A DNA stretch of 62,901 bases, filler included. It is 5 parts of 5 records of this genome, joined end to end, with 100 filler letters (N's around TTAATTAATTAA, not from the genome) between each part and the next. Parts side by side here need not be neighbours in the genome. Positions count along the whole stretch, not along the records: positions 13,155 to 43,980 come from SRR31156797_8124; 4 more parts are not named here. One strand, 5' to 3'. Position numbers and translations under genes: made by a program. Position 1 is the first letter of the stretch; every line of letters begins with the position of its first letter. Below, piece by piece: positions 19,228 to 29,938 of the stretch. Under the pieces are notes generated by a model. It did no database searches and was not told the DNA's origin. It was given only the letters and a program-made list of their open reading frames with translations.

Positions 19228-19992
19228 ATGAAAAAACAGCATCATATACTCAACGGCGACTGCTTAAAAGAGATGTTCCCCAAAAATAGTATTGGTGAAC
19301 AGATAGTTATGCGGGAATTTTTGGTAGAAGGTGATGTTTCGGGCGAAAATCTGGATGAATTATTGGAGGTAAGGGCAAAATACATTTGCGGCAGGAATCT
19401 TGTAAGTAGCGAGGAAGAATATCATCAGAAAAGTTCTGTTGAAATCAAGAAGATACTTACCATAGGAGTTAATGATGAGGTGAATTTGTGGTTCGAGGAT
19501 GATTTGTTTTGTCAGGTCAACTTTTGGTTTGTTCTGAACTTATTGTACGAAAATCATAAAAGAGAAAACATTTATTTGGTTAGACCTGGCAAAGGAAATG
19601 AATACAATTTCGGCATGATGAATCAGCAGGAGTTGTCTTTAGCATTTCATCATCGTCAAGAAATAAAAGGGAAGGAACTGGAACAAATTCGTCAATTGTG
19701 GAGGTATTATCAGAAGGAAAAATGGAGTGAAATGATAAGAGTAGCAGAATTGTTTCAGGAAAAATTTCCTTTTCTACTTCCGGCGGTATATGCACAAATT
19801 AATCGTTTATCAAAGGAAAATTATAAAGGACGCCCTATTGAAAGTTTAAAGAAAATCATGAAAGATTTAAATTCAACAGAGTTTGCATCAGTGTTTAAAG
19901 AGTTCTGTAAGCGGGAAGCTATTTATGGTTATGGTGATTTTCAAGTGCGTTGTCTTTATGATGATATCCTTCGGGAAAGAGATGACAAATGA
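19228..19992 (+). CDS. DUF1835-like protein
   Basis: HILNGDCL, REFLVEG, LWFEDDLFCQVN, YGYGDFQV. Confidence 0.75.
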   Translation: MKKQHHILNGDCLKEMFPKNSIGEQIVMREFLVEGDVSGENLDELLEVRAKYICGRNLVSSEEEYHQKSSVEIKKILTIGVNDEVNLWFEDDLFCQVNFWFVLNLLYENHKRENIYLVRPGKGNEYNFGMMNQQELSLAFHHRQEIKGKELEQIRQLWRYYQKEKWSEMIRVAELFQEKFPFLLPAVYAQINRLSKENYKGRPIESLKKIMKDLNSTEFASVFKEFCKREAIYGYGDFQVRCLYDDILRERDDK

Positions 19993-20151
19993 AATTGAAG
20001 AAATTCCTTTAGTCGAACGGAAGTTGTAATTCGTCAAGTTGAAATGTAAAATCTACCGGTAAAAGCCATTTGAATAGAACCAATACCGTTTTCTTGCGTA
20101 ACCTAGTTTGTGTGTATTAGATAATAAAAAAACTACTATTTAAATTGACTT

Positions 20152-20454
20152 ATGAGTAAAGTGAACTGTTGGGAGATGATGAACTGTGGGAGAGAATCCA
20201 ATGGTGGAAATGTTGGAAAGTTGGGGGTGTGTCCTGCAGCTTTGACCAATGAATATGATGGAATTCATGAAGGTAAAGCCGGTGGTCGGTTTTGTTGGAC
20301 CATATCTGGTACTTTATGTCATGGAAAGCCAAGTGGAGCCTTCGCTTATAAGCTATTAGGCTGCCTGGATTGTAAATTTTTAAAATTTGTACAGGAAGAA
20401 GAGGGGCGTTTTTTTTACTTAACGCCAAATAAAGCAAGGGAAACCAAAATATAA
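20152..20454 (+). CDS. Stand-alone two-CW domain (Cys-rich) protein
   Basis: NCWEMMNCGRE...CPA...GRFCW...GTLC...CLDCKF...EEG. Confidence 0.8.
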   Translation: MSKVNCWEMMNCGRESNGGNVGKLGVCPAALTNEYDGIHEGKAGGRFCWTISGTLCHGKPSGAFAYKLLGCLDCKFLKFVQEEEGRFFYLTPNKARETKI

Positions 20455-20499
20455 TAAGTTAGGATTAGTTTTACTATTGAATCGGAGCGAGCAAGACTT

Positions 20500-21642
20500 T
20501 TAGTCTTGCTTTTTCTTTTTGGTAAATACCCACGCTCCAATTATAGCTGTAAAAGGGGCTACCAAAACCAAACCAAAACTCCCTACAAGGGTATGTAGAA
20601 TTTCACCAGATACATAGTTTAAATTGAGAATGTTTACCATTGGCGTGCCTTGAGCAATAAATACCATTAGTAAAGCAGAAAAACCTCCTGAATAGGCTAA
20701 TAGTAGTGTGGTTGTCATGGTGCCAACAACAGCTTTCCCAACTTCAAAACCTGAGCGACGCAACTCTTTAACCGATATGTTTTTATTGGCTTGATACACC
20801 TCGGCTTGTGAGGCAGCAATATCCATAGAAATATCCATTACTGCACCCGATGAAGAGATGAATATACCAGCAAGAAATATTTCAGTTAGATTCAGGTAAT
20901 TGTATCCTGAATAAAGCAAGGTTTCTGAAAATGGTTTTATAGCACCATGAATATTGAATAAATTGCCGAACAGTATTGCCATAAAACAGGTAATTGCAAT
21001 ACCACTCATAGCACCTAGAAATGCGGTGAATCCTTTTTTATTGGTTCCAGCTACTAAAAATATGATGGCTGAAGTTAGAAGAGCAACTATACCTAAGGAA
21101 AGTGGGATAGGAGCATAGCCTTTTAATAATCCGGGCAGAAGTAATTTCCAAATGGTAATACCTGCAAATAAAAAGGAGAGCATTGCTTTAACTCCTGTCC
21201 ATCCTGCAAATGAGATTAAGAATACAACGAATAAAACTAATAAAATGGCTTCTAGGTTGATTCGGTAATGATCAATTACATTGGCACTAATAATTTGAGA
21301 ATTATCTTCTGTTAAATTTAGAACGGTGAGTGCTTTATCTCCAGGAAGAAAGTATTTATCGAACTCCATTCTTCCAACCAGTTGATTGAAAGCTGTTAAT
21401 TCTTTTCCTTTGAAATTGCCTTTTAAGATTTTAATTTTTAAGGATTGAGTACCGGTTTTAATGATACCAGTTTCAACAATTAAGCTGTTGTCTGTTTCAA
21501 TTATTAAAGCCTTTGTTCTTTCCGAATTTGTATCATCGGTACGAGAAAAACCATTTGGTGTAAGAACAATAACAGTGCAAAGTATGATAAGAACACTAAC
21601 TAAGATTAAATCGGATTTTTGAGGCAATTTGAATTTTAACAT
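20500..21642 (-). CDS. YibE/F family membrane protein
   Basis: SSGAVMDISMDIA, GTMTTTLLLAYSG, GSFGLVLVAPFTA; multiple TM segments. Confidence 0.9.
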   Translation of the reverse strand: MLKFKLPQKSDLILVSVLIILCTVIVLTPNGFSRTDDTNSERTKALIIETDNSLIVETGIIKTGTQSLKIKILKGNFKGKELTAFNQLVGRMEFDKYFLPGDKALTVLNLTEDNSQIISANVIDHYRINLEAILLVLFVVFLISFAGWTGVKAMLSFLFAGITIWKLLLPGLLKGYAPIPLSLGIVALLTSAIIFLVAGTNKKGFTAFLGAMSGIAITCFMAILFGNLFNIHGAIKPFSETLLYSGYNYLNLTEIFLAGIFISSSGAVMDISMDIAASQAEVYQANKNISVKELRRSGFEVGKAVVGTMTTTLLLAYSGGFSALLMVFIAQGTPMVNILNLNYVSGEILHTLVGSFGLVLVAPFTAIIGAWVFTKKKKQD

Positions 21643-21743
21643 GATGCAAAGTTAAAAAAGTAGGGGAATGTAAAAGGGTACCAGGGATGTAAAAATAAAA
21701 AGCCCCACATTTCTGCAGGGCTTGTAATCTGTTTATGTAACAG

Positions 21744-23267
21744 TTATTCGATTAATTTCATCAGATTTTTAGGTACGTCGGTATTGTCGTAAAAACCAAC
21801 AAATAGATCAGATCCCACACCAATTGATCGAATTGGAATTGGAGCTGCCGTATGAGAGAAGGATGTCCATCCAATACCTGCTTTTTGCGATAAAATATGG
21901 CAAGCTGTAATGGTTAAAGGATCGTAACTACCATAAAGCAAATAGAACTGATCATCTTTCTTCATTTCTTTTTTGTAATTCATGCTCTTTTCGAATGCAG
22001 CTTTTAATTGTTTCAATTCGAATTCACTAAGAGCCAATTTTTTTTCAGTATCTCCAAGTCCAAAGTGTTTTTTTACCAATGCCAATCCATCTTCTACCTT
22101 GTAATTTCCTTCTTTGGTCTTTTTGTACTCTTTTACCAAATTGCTAAATGCTTCGTAGGATAGTTTTTGGTGTTGTAAGACTGCAAAGTCAGATGAATAG
22201 TGACTACCAGAAAACCCTAAAGCCATTCCACCCGTTTCATGATCACCTGCAACTAAAATTAGTGTTTCTTCAGGGTGTTTGTTGTAGAATTTAAGAGCTT
22301 CGGCAACGGCATTGTCAAATTGTAAAACTTCCTGAATAACAGTTGCAGCATCGTTAGCGTGACAAGCCCAATCTATCTTTCCACCTTCTACCATCATAAA
22401 GAAACCATCTTTATTATCGAGAATTTCGATTCCTTTTTTGGTAAATTCTGCTAATGAGATATCCGTTTTACCATTTTGATCGATAAAATAAGGAAGGGCT
22501 GAACCGCCAGATAAATTTGGCGCTATACTAATGATTTTATCATCACCCTTTTTTAGTTTTTTGAAATCCTTAACTGTGTTTACAAATCGATAACCTCTTT
22601 TTTCTGCAATTTTCATTGAATTAGGTTCTTTATCTTCTAATTCTTTTGATTCTCCCATACCAAAATTCGCCATGGAGTTTTTTTCGATGTGTTTGCCGTC
22701 TCCTTCCGGATTTTTAAATCCACCGCCTGCAAAATAGTTGAATCCACTTTTGCTTAGATCCAGACTAATATTGTAATACATGTTTCTTGTCGGCTGGTGA
22801 GCGTAAAATGCAGCGGGTGTTGCATGATCAATAGATACGGATGAGACAATACCTACTTTATAGCCTTTTTCTTTAGCCAGTTCAGCAATGGTTTTTAATG
22901 GTTTCTGACGTTTGGCATCCATTCCAATGGTATTAACCGTAGTTTTTCCACCAGTTGACAAGGCTGTACCTGCTGCTGCAGAACCGGTAATGAAACGATC
23001 ACTGGCATAAGTGGTATAGAATCCTTGTTTAGGTAAGCTGCTTAAATTCAACTTCTGGATGCCATTGCTTTTATTTAGAGCACCCAGATAAGCTTCTGCC
23101 GTATTGGCTTGCGAGAGTCCCATTCCATCTCCTATGAAAAAGAAAATGTATTTCGGAGCAGCTCCTTTATACTCACTTTGTTTACTTGTTTGTGCTGTTA
23201 CTGCTGATGCTAAAAACAAACTAACAGCAATTAGTACAATTTGCGCATTTTTAATTATTCTAAACAT
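21744..23267 (-). CDS. phoA: Alkaline phosphatase (PhoA family)
   Basis: FFIGDGMG, ITGSAAAGTA, HATPA, MVEGGKIDWACH, GDHETGG, H...DNT; signal peptide. Confidence 0.9.
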   Translation of the reverse strand: MFRIIKNAQIVLIAVSLFLASAVTAQTSKQSEYKGAAPKYIFFFIGDGMGLSQANTAEAYLGALNKSNGIQKLNLSSLPKQGFYTTYASDRFITGSAAAGTALSTGGKTTVNTIGMDAKRQKPLKTIAELAKEKGYKVGIVSSVSIDHATPAAFYAHQPTRNMYYNISLDLSKSGFNYFAGGGFKNPEGDGKHIEKNSMANFGMGESKELEDKEPNSMKIAEKRGYRFVNTVKDFKKLKKGDDKIISIAPNLSGGSALPYFIDQNGKTDISLAEFTKKGIEILDNKDGFFMMVEGGKIDWACHANDAATVIQEVLQFDNAVAEALKFYNKHPEETLILVAGDHETGGMALGFSGSHYSSDFAVLQHQKLSYEAFSNLVKEYKKTKEGNYKVEDGLALVKKHFGLGDTEKKLALSEFELKQLKAAFEKSMNYKKEMKKDDQFYLLYGSYDPLTITACHILSQKAGIGWTSFSHTAAPIPIRSIGVGSDLFVGFYDNTDVPKNLMKLIE

Positions 23268-23346
23268 GTTGATCTTATATTTTTTGGTTGATCTGTAGTA
23301 TATAATTGTGGAGTTTATATGAATTCAGGTTGATCACAATTATCTA

Positions 23347-25248
23347 TTACATATTTTTAATGCTCTCTTTGTTTTTAATATTTGTAAAGTTTTTACCTTT
23401 TGGCGAATACAAATAATCTACATATTCTTTAAAGTAGCTTACAACTTTATCACGAACTACTTTCATGGTTGAATTCAGTAGTTTGTTTTCTTCAGTAAAT
23501 CCTTCAGGTAGAATTCCAACAGCCGTTGGCAACCATCTGTGCGGAAACATATCTTCATACTTACCGCCCGGACGATATTCGTTCAATTCATCTTGAAGCA
23601 AATCCAATGCCGCTTTCTGTCCTTCTTCGCTATTGGCATCAAGTTTTAGATTTCGTAAGTGAGCAAGTATGGCTGCTTTATTAGGGACGATTAAAGCAAT
23701 CGTATAAGGATCCTGATTGTTGTAAAGAATACACTGATCCATATATTGAGATTGATCAACAAACGCTTCTTCTATTCCTTCAGGACTAAATTTTTCACCA
23801 TCGTTAGCGATTAATAGTGATTTAAATCTTCCCAAAACATGTAGAAAACCATCTTTATCCATATATCCCATATCACCAGTATGCAACCATCCATCGCGAA
23901 GGGTTTCGGCTGAGGCTTTGTCATTTTTCCAGTAGCCTTTCATCACATTGCCACCTTTAATTACAATTTCACCTTTTTCACCAACAGGTAAAGAATTGCC
24001 TTCATCATCAGCAATTTTAAGATCCATATCACTTACTAAAAATCCGGAAGAACCCAATTTATGTTTGTGATGAGCATTTGATGAGATGATCGGCGAAGCT
24101 TCGGATAATCCATATCCTTGATACATTGGTATACCAATGGCATAAAAGAATCGTTGCAGTTCAATATCCAATAGAGCTCCTCCGCCAACAAAGAACTTTA
24201 AGTTTCCACCAAAATTTTCTCTCACCTTTGAGAATAAAATCTTATCGTAAAACTTATACATCGGTTTAAGAAATAGGCGGGTACCTTTTCCTTTATCCCA
24301 ACCATAACCGTTGTATTTGTATGCCAACAGTAAGCCTTTGTTAAAAAGTTTTTCAACTTTTGGTCCTTTGGCTTTGATTCCTTTTTCAATGTTCTTTTTA
24401 AAGTTTTTTGCCAGAGCAGGTACGCTCATTAGAATGTCAGGCTTAATTTCCTTGATATTAGCAGGAATATTCTTTAAAGCCTCCATTGGTGACTTTCCTT
24501 GTTGTACAGCCGCTATGGATGCACCTTTAAGCATAAAACTGTAGATTCCTGCAGTGTGCGCAAAGGAATGGTCCCAGGGTAGTATTAGTAAGGTTTTATA
24601 GGTTTCAGGAATATGCATTAAGCTCGACGACTGAATTACATTGCTAGTGTAATTGTTATGCGTTAAAATAATTCCTTTAGGATCCGCTGTAGTTCCTGAA
24701 GTATAGGAAATATTTGCATTATCATCCGCCTGAATTTCTTGCTGAATTTTATTTAGTTTTTTCTGATCTTCATCTGCTAAAATTGACCCAAGATTTATGA
24801 TGTCAGATAAATAAACTTCATCATCGATTAATTCGGCATCATCATCAATAACAATTACCTTTTCAAGAGTTTCAATTTGGTCTTTAATCAAACGAATCTT
24901 TTCCAAATGATTTTTAGAAACAATCACAAAACGAGATTCCGAATGAATCAATCTAAATTTGAGTTCATTTTGGGCATCTAGCTTTACCGAAAGAGGCACG
25001 TTTACTGCTCCTGTAAATAATATTCCAAGTTCCGATAGTACCCATGCATTTCTACCTTCTGATAAAAGACCAATTCGATCACCTTTATCTATTTCTAAGG
25101 CATATAATCCAGCTGCCAAATGTTTTACATCCTTGTAAAGATCTTGATAGCTTAGTGGTTCATATTTATCGGAAGTTTTCTCCCATAAATAGGGATTGGA
25201 ACCAAATTTTTTAACACTCTCCTCGAAGAGTTGAATGATTGTATTCAT
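23347..25248 (-). CDS. Long-chain fatty acid-CoA ligase (AMP-binding)
   Basis: YTSGTTADPKG, QGYGLSE, GWLHTGD, GRFK. Confidence 0.9.
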   Translation of the reverse strand: MNTIIQLFEESVKKFGSNPYLWEKTSDKYEPLSYQDLYKDVKHLAAGLYALEIDKGDRIGLLSEGRNAWVLSELGILFTGAVNVPLSVKLDAQNELKFRLIHSESRFVIVSKNHLEKIRLIKDQIETLEKVIVIDDDAELIDDEVYLSDIINLGSILADEDQKKLNKIQQEIQADDNANISYTSGTTADPKGIILTHNNYTSNVIQSSSLMHIPETYKTLLILPWDHSFAHTAGIYSFMLKGASIAAVQQGKSPMEALKNIPANIKEIKPDILMSVPALAKNFKKNIEKGIKAKGPKVEKLFNKGLLLAYKYNGYGWDKGKGTRLFLKPMYKFYDKILFSKVRENFGGNLKFFVGGGALLDIELQRFFYAIGIPMYQGYGLSEASPIISSNAHHKHKLGSSGFLVSDMDLKIADDEGNSLPVGEKGEIVIKGGNVMKGYWKNDKASAETLRDGWLHTGDMGYMDKDGFLHVLGRFKSLLIANDGEKFSPEGIEEAFVDQSQYMDQCILYNNQDPYTIALIVPNKAAILAHLRNLKLDANSEEGQKAALDLLQDELNEYRPGGKYEDMFPHRWLPTAVGILPEGFTEENKLLNSTMKVVRDKVVSYFKEYVDYLYSPKGKNFTNIKNKESIKNM

Positions 25249-25572
25249 GTATATGTTGAATCAATAATGTTGTAATACAAATTTTAAGAATCCCAAAAAT
25301 AGCTGATTCGAGTGGGCAAAGCAAATACGAATTGTTAAAATTACTTTAAGTCGTAATATGATAAGTATTTATGGCGAATAATAGGTGTAAAAGTAAAAGC
25401 TGACATTTCTTCTTGATTATACTACTTAGTTTATTTATTTTCACGACGTTTTCTATTTGAATTGAGGAGGAAAAAAGTGAATTTTTTTTTCATGATTTTT
25501 ATGATTTAGACTGTCTTTTAGGTAGAACAACAAGCAAAATACAAAACAACAACTAACCCAAAACTGAACCGA

Positions 25573-27045
25573 ATGAGTAATTTAGAAAAATACTTTAAAA
25601 AATTTCGCAAAAACACGATTGGTTTCGATGCGAGTTTTTATTCGCCTTATGGCAAGCAAAAAATCGTATATGCCGATTGGATTGCAAGTGGGCGATTGTA
25701 TGCACCTATCGAGAAGAAGATGGTAAAAGAGTTTGGTCCCTATGTTGCGAATACGCACACCGAGACTAACGAAACGGGAACCTTAATGACCCAATCTTAT
25801 CATCGAGCTCAGGAATTGATAAAAAAGCATGTGAATGCAGGTCCTGATGATGTGATTATCCATGCTGGATTTGGTATGACTGCTGTGGTAAATAAACTGC
25901 AAAGAATTTTGGGACTTAAGGGGTGCGGAATGATTGGCAAGTTTAAATGCCAGAAGGAGAAAGAGAAACCAGTTGTTTTCTTAACACATATGGAGCATCA
26001 TTCGAACCAAACTTCTTGGTACGAAACCAATGTGGATGTTGTGGTTGTTCCTCCGGGAAAAGATTTAACGATCGATTTGGATGCTTTAAGAACAGAACTT
26101 GAAAAATATAAAGACCGTCAGGTTAAGATTGGTTCATTTACTGCCTGTTCAAATGTAACAGGTATAATGACTCCATATCATGAGATGGCAAAAATAATGC
26201 ATGAGAATGGTGGAATTTGTTTCATCGACTTTGCTGCGTCTGCACCTTATGTAGATATTGACATGCATCCTTCAAACGAGATGGAAAAATTGGATGGGAT
26301 ATTTTTCTCACCGCATAAATTTTTAGGAGGACCGGGATCATCAGGTGTAATGATTTTTGATTCTAAATTGTACAATAGCGAGGTGCCTGATAATCCGGGT
26401 GGAGGAACTGTTGACTGGACCAATCCTTGGGGAAAATATAAATTTGTAGATAGCATTGAAGCGCGTGAAGATGGTGGAACACCAGGTTTTCTTCAATCCA
26501 TCCGAATTGCATTAGCCATTGAATTGAAGAATCAGATGGGAACCAAGAATATTGCGGCTCGTGAAGAGGAACTTCTTGATCTTGCTTTTGAAAGGTTAAA
26601 AGCCGTTAAGGATGTTCACGTATTGGCTGATAATGTTCAGAAACGCTTGGGAATTCTTTCGTTTTACGTTGAGTACATTCACTATAATTTGTTGGTAAAG
26701 TTGATGAACGATCGTTTCGGAATTCAGGTACGTGGAGGGTGTGCTTGTGCAGGTACTTACGGGCACTATTTATTGGAAGTAAGTCAGGAGCAATCTGATG
26801 CGATAACAGATGAAATTACATTAGGTGATTTGTCTCACAAACCAGGATGGGTTCGTTGGTCACTTCATCCAACAACGACAGATAAAGAAGTACTTTATTT
26901 TATAGACTCATTAGAGAAGGTGGTAGAGAATTATGAAACCTGGAAAGAGGATTATACATACAACAGAAAAAATAATGAGTTCTATTACAGTGGAGCCAAT
27001 AAAATCAAGAAAAAAATAGAAGTGAACGAATTGTTCAATTTGTAA
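25573..27045 (+). CDS. Class V PLP aminotransferase / cysteine desulfurase-like protein
   Basis: EHHSN, DFAA, SPHKF (PLP Lys), GGTP, RGGCACAG. Confidence 0.88.
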   Translation: MSNLEKYFKKFRKNTIGFDASFYSPYGKQKIVYADWIASGRLYAPIEKKMVKEFGPYVANTHTETNETGTLMTQSYHRAQELIKKHVNAGPDDVIIHAGFGMTAVVNKLQRILGLKGCGMIGKFKCQKEKEKPVVFLTHMEHHSNQTSWYETNVDVVVVPPGKDLTIDLDALRTELEKYKDRQVKIGSFTACSNVTGIMTPYHEMAKIMHENGGICFIDFAASAPYVDIDMHPSNEMEKLDGIFFSPHKFLGGPGSSGVMIFDSKLYNSEVPDNPGGGTVDWTNPWGKYKFVDSIEAREDGGTPGFLQSIRIALAIELKNQMGTKNIAAREEELLDLAFERLKAVKDVHVLADNVQKRLGILSFYVEYIHYNLLVKLMNDRFGIQVRGGCACAGTYGHYLLEVSQEQSDAITDEITLGDLSHKPGWVRWSLHPTTTDKEVLYFIDSLEKVVENYETWKEDYTYNRKNNEFYYSGANKIKKKIEVNELFNL

Positions 27046-27176
27046 TTAATACAATGCTTATCGGATAAAGTCAGGATTAAAAATGACACCGGTAAGCATT
27101 TTTTGTGTCCTTTTGTGAAATCATATATTCAGATATTTTTATATTTTTGAATTAGATTAACCAATCAGGAAAAAAC

Positions 27177-28115
27177 GTGTACGATATAATAGGAGATATT
27201 CATGGCGAAGCAGATACATTACAACATATGTTGTTAACTCTTGGCTATGAGAATGGAGAGTATGGATTTTATCACCCGAAACGAAAGGCTGTTTTTGTTG
27301 GTGATTTTGTAGATCGGGGACCAAAAATATTTGAGACGCTTGATATTGTGAAGAAGATGGTAACAGCCGGTAATGCTTATGCGGTTGTTGGCAATCACGA
27401 GTTAAACGTGTTGACTTATTACACAAAAGATGAGGATGGACAGTTTTTAAGAGAGCATAATCTTAAGAATAAAACTCAAATCAAAAATACTTACGAAGAG
27501 TTCAAACTTGATAAATCCAGACGAAAAGAATGTCTAAAATGGCTGAGGTCACTACCTATTTTTTTGGAATTAGACGGATTTCGTGTGGTTCATGCAAGTT
27601 GGGATGACGAGGCCGTTGCGCTATTAAAGAAAGAAAATCCTGAAAATAGATTGAGTAAACCATTTTTGAGACGCGTTTATTTTGAAAGAGGTAAGGTGTT
27701 TAAAGCATTGATGCTTCTTTTAAAGGGGAGAGAATTTAACTTTCCAGATGATATGATTTTGAAAGATGCCTATGGATTTAAGAGATCAGCTTATCGTATC
27801 AAGTGGTGGGAGCCTATGAATGGTAAAAGTTTTGAAGATATTTCGTTTGGCAATAGATTTCACTTGCCAGAATATACTATTCCTTCTCAATTGTGCTATG
27901 ATATTCCTCTGTATTCTCCTAATGAACAACCGGTTTTTTTCGGGCATTATTGTTTGAATAGTAAAGCAGGCGTGATTCGTGAAAATCTATGCTGTGTGGA
28001 TGGATGTGTTGCTAACGGAGGAAGCTTGGTTGCATACAAATGGAATGGCAGCAAAAAGTTAGATCAGAGCAATATTATTTCAGTTGATAAAGTTAAGAAA
28101 TCGGAATTAGTGTAA
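27177..28115 (+). CDS. Metallophosphoesterase (PPP/ApaH-like)
   Basis: GDIHG, GDFVDRG, GNHE, VHA, FGHY; GTG start. Confidence 0.88.
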   Translation: MYDIIGDIHGEADTLQHMLLTLGYENGEYGFYHPKRKAVFVGDFVDRGPKIFETLDIVKKMVTAGNAYAVVGNHELNVLTYYTKDEDGQFLREHNLKNKTQIKNTYEEFKLDKSRRKECLKWLRSLPIFLELDGFRVVHASWDDEAVALLKKENPENRLSKPFLRRVYFERGKVFKALMLLLKGREFNFPDDMILKDAYGFKRSAYRIKWWEPMNGKSFEDISFGNRFHLPEYTIPSQLCYDIPLYSPNEQPVFFGHYCLNSKAGVIRENLCCVDGCVANGGSLVAYKWNGSKKLDQSNIISVDKVKKSELV

Positions 28116-28487
28116 ATGTTTCTGTTTTATTTTCGAATAGATAAGAAACAGAATCCCAGAAAAAGAGAGCGGTATTAGTAGAAGAAAAACTTCCCATCTC
28201 ATCGAATCCAAAAAGCCGTATAAGGCAATGGCAAAACTGGAGATGACCATAATTTGAGCACCTGCTTTTAATTTCCAAAAGGAGATAAGAAAACCAAAGC
28301 CATAGGTGAGTGAAAGTGCATAGAAAATGAATATCCAAAGTTCGGTATTGTTGCCTTGATTTTCTAGAATTGCAATAAATTCGGGTACCATAAACAGAAT
28401 AAAAACACCTGTAATCATGAAGCCAAAAATTCGTCCAATAAGGCGAAGAAAGCGCGAAGGATGATCTTGATAGTGTAATTTTCCCAT
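28107..28487 (-). CDS. Hypothetical 4-TM membrane protein
   Basis: 126 aa with four hydrophobic segments. Confidence 0.7.
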   Translation of the reverse strand: MGKLHYQDHPSRFLRLIGRIFGFMITGVFILFMVPEFIAILENQGNNTELWIFIFYALSLTYGFGFLISFWKLKAGAQIMVISSFAIALYGFLDSMRWEVFLLLIPLSFSGILFLIYSKIKQKHLH

Positions 28488-28662
28488 ATTATATCCTATT
28501 AAGTTCCTGAAACTGGTAGTAATAAAATGATGGCTGGAATAGGTTAAATGTACACAATACTGAGGCTAAAGTCAATATAATTGGTTTGAATTAGTCCTAT
28601 GATCTTTGGTCTTTAAAAGATAGTTAGTAGCTTGCCAGCTTAAAAAAATAGAAATTGTTCCT

Positions 28663-29352
28663 ATGCAAAATTGTAAAGTAATTGGATTTGATGCAGATGA
28701 TACTTTGTGGGTGAATGAACCTTACTTTAGACAGACTGAAAGAAAATTTTGTGAATTGTTGCGGAATGGAATGAGTTTGGATGAAGTGACCAAGGAATTG
28801 TTTGACGTTGAGATTGGGAATATTCCACTTTATGGATATGGCACAAAGGCTTTTACATTGTCAATGATAGAAACAAGTTTGAAGATTACAAATGGCAATG
28901 TATCATCCGAAAAAATAAGCGCTATTCTTGAATTGGGAAAGGAGCAGATTAACAAACCAATTGAATTACTTGATGGAGTGGTTGAGCTTCTTAAAAGCTT
29001 ACAGGGCAAATACCGATTAATTGTTGCTACTAAAGGCGATCTGTTGGATCAGGAGCGAAAACTGCAGAAATCAGGCTTACTAAAATATTTTCACCATATC
29101 GAAGTAATGAGCGATAAAAAGGATGCGGATTACGAGAAACTGATAAAGCATTTGGATATAAAACCTGAAGAATTTTTAATGGTAGGGAACTCTTTAAAAT
29201 CAGATATACTTCCAGTATTAAATGTAGGAGGTAATGCTGTACATGTCCCCTTTCATACCACATGGGAGCACGAATTGGTTTCAGAAAAAGAAATTGAGAA
29301 TGCTAACTTTCACAAGATTGAAAACATAAGAGAGTTGCTCAATCTTATTTAA
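28663..29352 (+). CDS. HAD-family hydrolase
   Basis: FDADDTLW, TKGD, MVGNSLKSDI, TTWEHE. Confidence 0.9.
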   Translation: MQNCKVIGFDADDTLWVNEPYFRQTERKFCELLRNGMSLDEVTKELFDVEIGNIPLYGYGTKAFTLSMIETSLKITNGNVSSEKISAILELGKEQINKPIELLDGVVELLKSLQGKYRLIVATKGDLLDQERKLQKSGLLKYFHHIEVMSDKKDADYEKLIKHLDIKPEEFLMVGNSLKSDILPVLNVGGNAVHVPFHTTWEHELVSEKEIENANFHKIENIRELLNLI

Positions 29353-29928
29353 CTATTTTCTTTTAATGGATAGAATTGGGAGGCGTTGTTTAAGCATTTG
29401 ACCTTCATCTTCTAGTTTTTGAATTTCTCTTACGACTTTCATTCCGGAGATTACTTTCCCAAAGGCAGCAAATCCTTGATTATCTGGATTTCGATTTCCC
29501 TGATAATCCAAGTCGGGTTGATCTCCAACACAAATAAAGAATTCGGTGCTTGCTGAACCGGGCTCTAAACGTGCCATCGATATTACTCCATCGGTGTGAA
29601 GAATGCCTGTTTTCTTCGTAGTTTCATGTTGAATAGTGGGAAGATTATCTACTATTGAATCGTGAAACAATCCACCCTGAATAACTTCTATTTTAATATC
29701 ATTGTGAGGCTGATTATCCATTCGAACAACCCTGTAAAAACAAGCTTCTGCAAATATATTTTTATCGATATTTTTAAGAAAATGTTTCGCCGTTATTGGT
29801 GCTTTATCTTCAAATATCTCCAATTCGATAACTCCCAAAGAGGTTTGAATTTCAATTCTTGGATTTTGAGAATTACCACAAGATTGAAATAAAACTGCTG
29901 TAAGGAGTATAAGAACGAATTGCTTCAT
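29353..29928 (-). CDS. Cyclophilin-type peptidyl-prolyl isomerase, lipoprotein
   Basis: Lipobox FQSC, APITA, FYRVV, VIQGG, SMAR..PGSA..FFI, FGKV. Confidence 0.9.
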   Translation of the reverse strand: MKQFVLILLTAVLFQSCGNSQNPRIEIQTSLGVIELEIFEDKAPITAKHFLKNIDKNIFAEACFYRVVRMDNQPHNDIKIEVIQGGLFHDSIVDNLPTIQHETTKKTGILHTDGVISMARLEPGSASTEFFICVGDQPDLDYQGNRNPDNQGFAAFGKVISGMKVVREIQKLEDEGQMLKQRLPILSIKRK

Positions 29929-29938
29929 GATATTTGAT

